Shown piece by piece: positions 16,388-24,181 of a stretch of DNA of 64,000 nt. The number at the start of each line of letters is the position of its first letter. Position 1 is the first letter of the stretch. The position numbers and the translations under genes are program-made. The stretch spans positions 839,934 through 903,933 of the forward strand of contig CAWIYH010000002.1 in the NCBI GenBank assembly GCA_963840225.1, in the 5' to 3' direction. A model generated the notes under the pieces. That model had not been told where the DNA came from. It saw only the letters and a program-made list of their open reading frames with translations, and did no database searches. This DNA comes from an uncultured Acidobacteriota bacterium (GTDB lineage: Bacteria > Acidobacteriota > Vicinamibacteria > Vicinamibacterales > CAVVIG01).

Positions 16388-17304
16388 AGGCCCAGCGCCG
16401 TCCGCACGGACGCCTTCCACCGGCCTCTGTCCAGGCCGTGCGTCCGGTAGAGTGCCAGCGCGAAGCGTTCGAGCCCGAACCCGACGCAGGAGGTGTGCGC
16501 GGCCGTGCCGTCGGACAGTCCAATGGAGAAAAGGCGCCCGAAATAGTCCTGGTGGTAGTTGAGCGATACCACCGCGGTCGGATGTTCGTCGCTCGAAATC
16601 GTCGCCGTGAACTCCAGCTTCAACCGCCGATCGCGCTGGCCGCCCGCCAGCAGCTTGCCCCCGCGGCCGAAGAAGGGATCCGCCGCCACCTCGCAGGCGG
16701 CCGGAAGTCCGAGCGACTCGAGCAGGTGCCGTGTCCGGTCGATCCACCCGTCGCGCCAGCGCACGACCTGTTCGGCCGCTCCGGCCCGGACGTGCTCGTG
16801 CATCCGGAACATCTGCATCCGCCCGATATCGTTCGACGGCTCGTGGCGGAAACAGTACGACATGACGTCGATCAGGCGCCCACCCGCCGGGAGCGCGCCG
16901 GTCAGCTGCGGATACACGGGGTAGCACGCGGCCGGCGTCAACACCACCGTCGCCGGGCGGAAGGAGGCGCTCCAGTCCTCATCGTGGTCGATCGAACGCA
17001 GCAGCGCCCGATGATCGTCCTCGCTGCCGTCGAAGTGATTGATGGTGCCGATCAGGTGCGGGAATGATTTCAGGTAGCCGCTCGCTTCGAAATGGCGGCG
17101 GTTCAGCACCGGCGGAAAGCGCATGACTTCCGGTCGATCCGCGGCGCCGATGCCGGCGACCAGCCGATCGACGCGATCGACGGTATCCTCGAACTCGGCG
17201 CTGCGTCCGTACACGCCTGGCACGCCGGTCTCGATCAGCAGGCCCTGCGCGATGATCTCGTCGCGGAAACCGACACGGGCGGCGACGCTCGAGCGGCCCG
17301 GCAT
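16384..17304 (-). CDS. amino acid:[acyl-carrier-protein] ligase (truncated SerRS-like class II aaRS core)
   Basis: 306 aa with no tRNA-binding arm. Class II motif 2 YCFRHE...FRMHE and motif 3 GFGLERFALALY. Cys (TPAACYPVY), Glu (RHE) and Cys (HTSCVGFG) sit at the Zn-ligand positions of methanogen-type SerRS homologues. Confidence 0.85.
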   Translation of the reverse strand: MPGRSSVAARVGFRDEIIAQGLLIETGVPGVYGRSAEFEDTVDRVDRLVAGIGAADRPEVMRFPPVLNRRHFEASGYLKSFPHLIGTINHFDGSEDDHRALLRSIDHDEDWSASFRPATVVLTPAACYPVYPQLTGALPAGGRLIDVMSYCFRHEPSNDIGRMQMFRMHEHVRAGAAEQVVRWRDGWIDRTRHLLESLGLPAACEVAADPFFGRGGKLLAGGQRDRRLKLEFTATISSDEHPTAVVSLNYHQDYFGRLFSIGLSDGTAAHTSCVGFGLERFALALYRTHGLDRGRWKASVRTALGL

Positions 17305-17307
17305 TCC

Positions 17308-18471
17308 TCAGTCGTCCTTGTGAACCAGGAGCATCGCGGCATTCGCGGAGGTGATGCGGTCGTTGCTGATCATGAGCGCCGCGCTGTGCGCGTCCCGCAA
17401 GTGGCGCCCCACCGAGTACGGTGAATCGTTGCGGTAGCCGCTGATGCCGCACACCGCCAGCACGCGCGCGACGATGTCCGGCGCCAGTCGCGCCGCGGAC
17501 GCTTTCAGGTTGTTCATCCTGATGGCGAATCCGACGCTGCCGGCGCCGTCGTCTTCACCCTGCGTTCGCTCGAAATCGGCGATCCCTTCGCGGATCGTCG
17601 CGCGCATGATCCCGAGATCGGCCACCGTTTCGGCCAGCCGGAACGCGCCCGGCGGAACGGAGCCCGGAGACCGCCGCGCTTCGGCCCGAACGAAGGCGCG
17701 CGCTCTTCCGACCGCGTCGCTCGCGAGGCCGAGCCACACGGCGCTCCACAATACGTGCGACACCGGCACCATGGTCCGGCCCGCGATGTCGGCGAACGCC
17801 ACGGGCAGGATCTGCTCGGGCGACGCGTGACCGTCGACCGTGAACCCGCAACTGCGGGTCCCGCGCATGCCGAGCGCATCCCACGCGCTCGTCGGCGTCA
17901 GGGTCGTGTCGCGCTTCCGCAGCAGCATCAGCACCTGATCGCCGGGCGCCGCGTCGGGCATGCGGCGCGCCGTCAGCAGGATGTCGTCGGCTTCCTGGCC
18001 GTAGGACACGACCGGAGCCTGCTTCGTGATCCGGACGCGGGCGCCTTCCCGGGTCGCGGCACAGACGCTCCGCCGCAGATCGCCGCCGGTTCCGATCTCG
18101 GACGTCGCGGAAGCGATGAGCCATTCGTGCCGGGCCAGATCGTCGAGGTACTGGCGGAAGAACCGCGACGCTCCGTGATGCCGGACGATGCACGCGACCT
18201 CGATCTGGTGCATGGCGAAGATCATCGCGGTGGATGCGCAGGCTCTCGCGAGCGTTTCGCAGCACTCCGCCAGCTCGCGGAGGGAAGCGCCCTGTCCGCC
18301 GAGCTCGCAGGGAACCAGTGCGCTCAACAGGCGTTCCTCGCGAATCGCGGCGAACGCCTCGTGCGGAAACCGGGCGTCGCGGTCGACGGCCTCGGCCCAG
18401 GGTGCGGCGGCCGATGCGGCAACGCGCCGGGCGGCATCGGCCAGCGAGCGGGCGGGCGCGGACACACTCAC
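17308..18471 (-). CDS. acyl-CoA dehydrogenase-fold flavoprotein
   Basis: 387 aa; GTG start in a GTGA overlap with the carrier-protein stop. ACAD layout (SATSEIGTGGDLR, WDALGMRGTRS, GYRNDSPYSVGRHLRDA). In a by-eye alignment the MCAD-type YEGT base position reads MISN, so the catalytic base may lie elsewhere. Confidence 0.8.
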   Translation of the reverse strand: MSVSAPARSLADAARRVAASAAAPWAEAVDRDARFPHEAFAAIREERLLSALVPCELGGQGASLRELAECCETLARACASTAMIFAMHQIEVACIVRHHGASRFFRQYLDDLARHEWLIASATSEIGTGGDLRRSVCAATREGARVRITKQAPVVSYGQEADDILLTARRMPDAAPGDQVLMLLRKRDTTLTPTSAWDALGMRGTRSCGFTVDGHASPEQILPVAFADIAGRTMVPVSHVLWSAVWLGLASDAVGRARAFVRAEARRSPGSVPPGAFRLAETVADLGIMRATIREGIADFERTQGEDDGAGSVGFAIRMNNLKASAARLAPDIVARVLAVCGISGYRNDSPYSVGRHLRDAHSAALMISNDRITSANAAMLLVHKDD

Positions 18472-18758
18472 GCGTGATCTCCGGTCAGATCCCGGACGTT
18501 CGCGCAGATGGCGGCGATCGACGCAAACGACCCGCGCTGCATCAATCGATCGGGAAACTCGACGTCGAATCGTTCCTCGATGGCGAGCATCAGGTTGACG
18601 CTGCCGTGCGACGTCAATCCCGCTTCGTACAGGTTGCTGTGGCGGTTCAACGCCCTCACGTCGACGCCGAGCCGCGCATGGTCGCGCAGGATCTGGCGGA
18701 CGGCCTCCTCGATCGCCGCCTGCACCGGAACGTCTTCTGCCTCAGCCACGGACGGCAC
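18468..18758 (-). CDS. acyl/aminoacyl carrier protein
   Basis: 96 aa, GTG start. Four-helix carrier-protein pattern with the candidate phosphopantetheine serine in LYEAGLTSHGSVNLMLAIEERF. Confidence 0.75.
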   Translation of the reverse strand: MPSVAEAEDVPVQAAIEEAVRQILRDHARLGVDVRALNRHSNLYEAGLTSHGSVNLMLAIEERFDVEFPDRLMQRGSFASIAAICANVRDLTGDHA

Positions 18759-19779
18759 CCCCGTGCTCAGCCATTAGCAATCCGTACGCCGACTGGTGTA
18801 GTGCGGTGTGCAGGAACGTCCGCAGCGAGGCGATCTGTCTTGCGTACCGACGGCGAGTGGACGAATCGAGGCCGAACACACCAACGGTGGCGAGGTATGA
18901 AAGGCCTACCATTCCGCCTTCAAGGATGAGCTTGCCGCCGCTCGTGGGCAGTCCGTTGCTCCGAAGCACGGCGCAGAGGGCAAACGTTGGAACCGCCCCG
19001 ACCATTGCCGGCCCGAGCGTCGCGCGGAGGAAGGAACCCAGCGGCACGGCCGCCTGCCGGCAGGCGGCCGGCGTGATGAAGATGAGGTGGCCGACGGCAA
19101 TGGGAACGACGGTCCCAAGCGCGACGCCGACCATCCCATACCGCCCAACCCAGACGAGACTCAGGACGAGATTCGCGATCGCCTCGGCCACCCATACCCA
19201 GGCGACCAGCCGATGTCTTCCGATCGCCACGAGAATGCTGTGCTGCGACGCGTTCGCGACGAGCACCACGCCCGCAAACGAGAGGATGTACAGCGGCATG
19301 ATGCTGGCCTCGAATCCCGGGCCCATCCACGCCCGGACGAGCGGGTGCGCATAGGCCACCAGGCAAATCGTCACGCCCACGACGAGCACCACGCCGACGC
19401 GCGCACCTTCGACGAGCGCCGAGGCGAGCCCGGCGCGATCGTTCGCCCCGCTGATTCCGACCGCCTCCGGAAACAGCATGCCACTGAACTGATCGCAAAG
19501 CCGGCGCTGGAAGACCGAGAGGCGCAAGGCCACGGCGTACACGGCGACCGCGGCGGTACCGAGGAACGCGCCGATGACGAGGTTGTCGAGGTTGAACGCG
19601 ACCTGATAGGCCATGTCGATCACGAACAGGTAGACACTGAGCGTCGTCACCTCGCGCCAGAGCGCCCGGCTGAAGAGCCGTGGGCGGATCTGCAGCGCCG
19701 GAAACACGCTCCGGGCCGTCTCCACGTACGCGAGATAGCCGGCGAGCGCAACGAGCGTCGTCGCGAGCACGAGCGTCAC
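18742..19779 (-). CDS. MOP/Wzx-type oligosaccharide flippase, C-terminal part (split gene)
   Basis: 345 aa, about 8 TM helices. Typical Wzx middle and C-terminal region (RPRLFSRALWREVTTLSVYLFV...). GTG at 19779 overlaps the stop of the N-terminal ORF (GTGA). Confidence 0.75.
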   Translation of the reverse strand: MTLVLATTLVALAGYLAYVETARSVFPALQIRPRLFSRALWREVTTLSVYLFVIDMAYQVAFNLDNLVIGAFLGTAAVAVYAVALRLSVFQRRLCDQFSGMLFPEAVGISGANDRAGLASALVEGARVGVVLVVGVTICLVAYAHPLVRAWMGPGFEASIMPLYILSFAGVVLVANASQHSILVAIGRHRLVAWVWVAEAIANLVLSLVWVGRYGMVGVALGTVVPIAVGHLIFITPAACRQAAVPLGSFLRATLGPAMVGAVPTFALCAVLRSNGLPTSGGKLILEGGMVGLSYLATVGVFGLDSSTRRRYARQIASLRTFLHTALHQSAYGLLMAEHGGAVRG

Positions 19780-20339
19780 CAGTCCTCCGCCGGCGACGAG
19801 CGCACGACGCAGGTGACGAGGGCGGTCGCGAGCGCGAGCCCGACATCGATACAGTTGTTCCGGACGAAGGCCTGCCTCGACGTGGCAACGGCGCCGAACA
19901 TGGTCATCGGAAAGCCGATCGCCACCCGCACGCCGAGGATGACGAGCACGGCGCGGGCGCTTCCGATATCGGAAGGCGCCAGGTGAGGAAACCGCGGGAT
20001 GCCAACCTGGGCCATGACGGCGGTGATCGCCAGCACGACCACGCCAATCCCGGCGTAGACGCAGAAAAAGGTGCTGACGATGCGATTGTCCCGGGTCTCG
20101 TCGCCCCGCGTGTCGGCCGCGACGATATGCCGAACGAGCCCGTTGTCATAGCCCAGGTCGAGCAGCGTGAAATAGGAGGTGATCGACGCGACGAGCATCC
20201 AGAGTCCGTACTGCGACTTGCCCAGATGCCCCATCGTGAACGGCATCAGGAAGATGCCGACGCCGATGTTCACCGCCAGCGCGAGGTATCGAGTGATGGT
20301 GCCGCCGACGAGATTGGTGGCGACGGTCCTGCCGGACAC
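19776..20339 (-). CDS. MOP/Wzx-type oligosaccharide flippase, N-terminal part (split gene)
   Basis: 187 aa, GTG start. N-terminal Wzx pattern (NLVGGTITRYLALAVNIGVGIFLMPFTMGHLGKSQYGLWMLVASI). It ends in a non-hydrophobic tail (RSSPAEDW*), while the other frame continues as a good TM helix. Confidence 0.75.
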   Translation of the reverse strand: MSGRTVATNLVGGTITRYLALAVNIGVGIFLMPFTMGHLGKSQYGLWMLVASITSYFTLLDLGYDNGLVRHIVAADTRGDETRDNRIVSTFFCVYAGIGVVVLAITAVMAQVGIPRFPHLAPSDIGSARAVLVILGVRVAIGFPMTMFGAVATSRQAFVRNNCIDVGLALATALVTCVVRSSPAEDW

Positions 20340-20452
20340 GGCTTAGCCGTAAGCAAAACACTAGCCCTGCGACGACGGGCTCGCAGGGAGACCGGCCTGG
20401 CGTCGCCGGCTCAACAGCGCGGGGTCGGCTCCTTGCCGCTTACAATCGTCCC

Positions 20453-20863
20453 GTGGCCACGAAACCTCCCATCGTCGTCGATTTGACGTGGACCGGCGAG
20501 CTGATCTTTTCCGCGACCAGTGGCGACACGTCGATGACCGTTGACAGCGCCGCCCGCGCCGGGCCGTCTCCCGTGCAGGCCCTGGCCGTCGCTCTCGCCG
20601 GCTGCATGGCGGTCGACGTCGCGCACATTCTCGCCAAGGGCCGCCATCCGCTCCGGGCGCTCCGGGCCCATTTGGTCGGCGACCGCGCCCAGGACGATCC
20701 GCACCGCTTCGTGCGGATGACGCTCCGCTTCGAGATCGGCGGCGGCGTTCCCTCCGAGGCCGTCGAGCGCGCGATCGCGCTCTCGCGCGACAAGTACTGC
20801 TCGGTGTGGCACTCGCTGCGGCAGGACATCGACTTCCAGGTGTCATTTGCCCTCGGCGCCTAG
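20453..20863 (+). CDS. OsmC/Ohr-family peroxiredoxin-like protein
   Basis: 136 aa, GTG start. PVQALAVALAGCMAVDV and SRDKYCSVWHSL carry the two conserved Cys of the OsmC family. Confidence 0.85.
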   Translation: MATKPPIVVDLTWTGELIFSATSGDTSMTVDSAARAGPSPVQALAVALAGCMAVDVAHILAKGRHPLRALRAHLVGDRAQDDPHRFVRMTLRFEIGGGVPSEAVERAIALSRDKYCSVWHSLRQDIDFQVSFALGA

Positions 20864-21926
20864 ACGGGCCTACATCGACTGGGCGCGTGCCCTGGCCGTG
20901 CTCCTCATGATCGAGGCGCACGTCGCCGACGCCTGGACGCGCGCGGGCTCGCGTTCGACCCTCGCGTTCCGCGACGCGGTCATCCTCGGCGGCTTCGCCG
21001 CGCCGCTCTTCCTCTGGCTCGCGGGCCTCTCGCTCGTCCTGTCGGCGTCTTCCACCGCCCGGCGCGCCGGCCGACGCTCGGCGGGCGTGCGGCGCGTATT
21101 CTTCCGCGGCCTGGAGATCTTCGGGCTCGCCTTCCTGTTCCGTCTCCAGGCGTTCGTCGTCTCGCCGGGCAGCTCGCCGTGGATGATTCTCCGCGTCGAC
21201 ATCCTCAACGTCATGGGACCGGCGATCGCCGCGTCGGCGCTTCTGTGGGCCGTTTCCTCGTCCCGGCCGCTCGTGGCCTCCCTCTTCGCGCTTGCCGCCT
21301 CCGTCATCGCGCTCGTCACTCCGCTCGTCCGTGAAGCCACGGTCATCGATCGCCTGCCGTCCCTCCTGCAGTGGTACCTCCGCCCCTCGGGAGCGTTCAC
21401 CAATTTCACGCTGCTGCCGTGGGCCGGCTTCGTGTTCGCCGGCGCCGCGGTCGGCGTGCTGGTAGCCGCGGCGGGCGACGGGAAGTCGGAGCGACGGCTC
21501 AACGCCGGACTCGCGGCGGCGGGTACCTTTCTGGTCGTCGGCGGCTTCGCCCTGGCGCAGAGGGCGACCCTGTACCGAGAATCGTCGTTCTGGACCAGTT
21601 CGCCGAGCTGGTTCGTCATCCGCCTCGGCATCATGATGCTCGCGCTGGCGTTGCTGTACGGCCTGGCGGCGCTCGCCGCGAGCCGTCGCGTCCGCATCGA
21701 GCCGCTCGAGGCGTTCGGGCGCCATTCGCTGTTCGTGTACTGGATCCACGTCGAGCTGGTGTACGGCTACGCCAGCTGGCTGTGGCGCAGGCGCCTGCCG
21801 CTGTGGAGCACGGCGATCGGGTACGCGCTGTTCGTGGTGCTGCTGTACGGGGTGGTGCGCCTCGAGGAGCAGTGGCTGGCCCGGCGGGCCGCGGGGCGGG
21901 TCCTGACTCAGAACGCCATCATGTAG
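20847..21926 (+). CDS. DUF1624 / heparan-alpha-glucosaminide N-acetyltransferase-like membrane acyltransferase
   Basis: 359 aa, TTG start. N-terminal RRAYIDWARALAVLLMIEAH and about 9-10 TM helices are typical of the DUF1624 family. Confidence 0.65.
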   Translation: MPSAPRRAYIDWARALAVLLMIEAHVADAWTRAGSRSTLAFRDAVILGGFAAPLFLWLAGLSLVLSASSTARRAGRRSAGVRRVFFRGLEIFGLAFLFRLQAFVVSPGSSPWMILRVDILNVMGPAIAASALLWAVSSSRPLVASLFALAASVIALVTPLVREATVIDRLPSLLQWYLRPSGAFTNFTLLPWAGFVFAGAAVGVLVAAAGDGKSERRLNAGLAAAGTFLVVGGFALAQRATLYRESSFWTSSPSWFVIRLGIMMLALALLYGLAALAASRRVRIEPLEAFGRHSLFVYWIHVELVYGYASWLWRRRLPLWSTAIGYALFVVLLYGVVRLEEQWLARRAAGRVLTQNAIM

Positions 21927-24109
21927 GTCATCTTCGCCGCGACGGATCGGTCGAGCATCCGGCCGTGGATCGTGTCTCGGTGGTCGTTGTAGACGAGGAA
22001 CAGATCGCTCAGGGCGTGATGGATCAGGTCGAAGCGGACGTTCGAGCTCCACTGCCGCACGTCGGTGTTGTACTGAATCAGCGCGTTCAGGAACGCGCGC
22101 GTCGAGAAGCTGTAGTCCACGCGGCCGGTGACCAGCGTGGTGTCGAACGCGCCGTGCGAGAGCCGGACGACGTTCTGGAGTACCGACAGGCTGGTGTTGA
22201 GCCGCGCGCTGAACCGGACGGTCGTCCCGGCCAGGTACGTCTGCTTGCGGCCGTCGTAGAACGTCCCGACGCCCACACGGCCGTTGAACGACACCGCGCG
22301 CCCCGTGCTGGTGTTCCCGGTCACGAAGTATTCGTCGTACTCGTAGCGCCCCGGGTCGACGACGACGTTCCGGGTGGTGTTGAGGGTGAACGGCTGCGTG
22401 AGCACTTCCAGGTTCGTGTTGCGCCCCAGCTCCATGAACGAGCCGTCCTGGAAGGTCAACGGCAGATGGAAGTCCATATAGCGCGAGTCGAAGAGGCCGC
22501 CGCTCGTCCGCGTGATGTTCATGAGCTGATAGTGCGGATAGACCTCGCGGAGCCAGCCGCTCACGGCAGACGGCCGCAGGTGCGTGCCGAACTTGAAGTC
22601 CGTGCGCGCGATGCCGACACGGGGGATGAACCCGAGCTCGTCGTTGAACCGGTCGCCGGTGGACGTGTACGCGAAGCTGGTGTCGATGACGTCGCCCCGG
22701 TACGACGTGCCGGCGCGCCACATCACGTCGCGCCCCGGCCCGCCGACGACCGACGCCGGGGACGCGGTCTTCGCGACCAGCCCGTTGAGGTTCAAGTTCT
22801 CGAAGAACCGGAAGTTCGCGTCGGTGCCGAAGAGCCGGTTGAATCCGCCCCCGTGGGGCTGTTCGTTCAGGACCATGACGCCGACGTCCGAGTTCGACAG
22901 CACGTTGCGGCGGAGGCGGACCGCCGTGAAGTTGGTTGCCGGCGCGGACCCGCTGCGCCGCTGCTGGATGTTGAGCGCGCCAATCGTGTAGGCGCCGGCG
23001 TGTCCCGTGAGCCGCGTGCCGCCGAGAATCGGCAACGCCTGTCCGTCGTCGGAGAGGCCGATGCGGCGGCTGAAGAAGAGCACGTTGTCGGGCAGCCCGT
23101 TGGTCCGTCCTCCGCCGCCCGGCCGGCCGCCTCCGCCCCCGCCGTTCGGCGTGCCGAACTGGAAGACGCCGGAGTTCTCGAGGAAGAAGTCCCGCTTCTC
23201 CGGGAAGAACAGACTGAAGCGGGTCAGGTTGACCTGCTGTTCGTCGGCTTCCACCTGGGAGAAGTCGGTGTTGACCGTGAAGTCCCACGTCAACCCGCTG
23301 GTGATCCCGTACTTCGCGTCGACGCCGCCCTGCAGGTTCCCGCTCGACGGGTCGGGGGCGACCGCGGTGCTGCTCGTCAGCACGTACGGCTTCAGGCGCA
23401 GGTCGCGCCCGGGACGGACCCCCGTGAGCCCCTGAAGGGTCCCCTCGAGTGACGTCCGCGTGAGCTCGAAGATCCGCGGTACGGGCGACCAGTAGCTGTC
23501 CTCGTTGAGATGGCGGATCCGGCGCAGGAAGTTGATGCCCCAGGTCTGTCGATCGTCGCTGGTGAAGCGGAGCGTCCGGAACGGGATTGCGATCTCGGCG
23601 GTCCAGCCGTTCTTCTGCATGCGGGTCCGCGCGTGCCAGATCCCGTCCCAGTTGCTGTTGACGTCGCGCCCCTCGTTGAACGTCTGCGCGTCCCACTTCG
23701 CGCCCATCGCGTTGATTGCGAACAGGTACCCGTTGCGGCCGTCGTCGAACGTGTCGAAGACGACCTCGAAGATGTCGGCGCTCGAGGTGTCGAAGTCCTT
23801 CTTCAGCTCGTTGACCAGGATAGGGTGGGCGTCGTGCGCGAATACGCCCAGATAGAGCGTGTCGGCATCGTACAGGACGCGGACCTCGGTCCGTTCCGTG
23901 GCCGGCTCGCCCTCGTGCGGCTCGGCCTGCGTGAAGCCGGTCGCGACCGGAGCGCTCAGCCAGGCCCGGTCGTCCAGCGCGCCGTCGACGACGACCGGCT
24001 TTCCGGCGGGAACGGCGCGCGCGACCCGGTCGCCGTTCGCTCCGGCGGCGCGAGCCACGGCCCCGGCGGCCAGCACGGCCACGACTACAACTGGGATGGT
24101 CCGTCGCAC
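21908..24109 (-). CDS. CBM9-like / DUF5916 outer-membrane beta-barrel protein
   Basis: 733 aa, GTG start, signal peptide. N-terminal VVDGALDDRAWLSAPVATGFTQAEP...WTAEIAIPFRTLRF (carbohydrate-binding family 9-like), followed by a long beta-rich region ending in an aromatic residue (MAF). Confidence 0.75.
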   Translation of the reverse strand: MRRTIPVVVVAVLAAGAVARAAGANGDRVARAVPAGKPVVVDGALDDRAWLSAPVATGFTQAEPHEGEPATERTEVRVLYDADTLYLGVFAHDAHPILVNELKKDFDTSSADIFEVVFDTFDDGRNGYLFAINAMGAKWDAQTFNEGRDVNSNWDGIWHARTRMQKNGWTAEIAIPFRTLRFTSDDRQTWGINFLRRIRHLNEDSYWSPVPRIFELTRTSLEGTLQGLTGVRPGRDLRLKPYVLTSSTAVAPDPSSGNLQGGVDAKYGITSGLTWDFTVNTDFSQVEADEQQVNLTRFSLFFPEKRDFFLENSGVFQFGTPNGGGGGGRPGGGGRTNGLPDNVLFFSRRIGLSDDGQALPILGGTRLTGHAGAYTIGALNIQQRRSGSAPATNFTAVRLRRNVLSNSDVGVMVLNEQPHGGGFNRLFGTDANFRFFENLNLNGLVAKTASPASVVGGPGRDVMWRAGTSYRGDVIDTSFAYTSTGDRFNDELGFIPRVGIARTDFKFGTHLRPSAVSGWLREVYPHYQLMNITRTSGGLFDSRYMDFHLPLTFQDGSFMELGRNTNLEVLTQPFTLNTTRNVVVDPGRYEYDEYFVTGNTSTGRAVSFNGRVGVGTFYDGRKQTYLAGTTVRFSARLNTSLSVLQNVVRLSHGAFDTTLVTGRVDYSFSTRAFLNALIQYNTDVRQWSSNVRFDLIHHALSDLFLVYNDHRDTIHGRMLDRSVAAKMTYMMAF

Positions 24110-24181
24110 AGACTCACACGCTACATGAGTTTGTGCTCAAAGAATGCAACGGTTTGTCTCTTGCCGCCAAAGCCCCACTCC

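Noticed and set aside
15389-16927. N-terminal extensions of several track ORFs: 15389-16927, 48466-50418, 56533-60666, 59277-61769, 4152-5513, 9825-10973, 34308-36572, 36907-38544, 46737-47786, 29331-30308.
   Set aside because: The family-like sequence starts at an internal ATG/GTG/TTG that abuts or overlaps the upstream gene stop. The upstream parts overlap neighbouring real genes and are compositionally junk. Shorter starts were used.
20441-20455. TACAAT only 6 nt upstream of the OsmC GTG start, suggesting a leaderless mRNA.
   Set aside because: There is no acceptable -35 element at 16-19 nt, and the start codon is GTG, which is a poor leaderless initiator. It cannot be supported without TSS data.
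24118-24149. TTGCAT … TAGCGT hexamers upstream of the DUF5916 gene.
   Set aside because: The spacer is 20 nt and the -10 is poor, so it is not convincing as a promoter.
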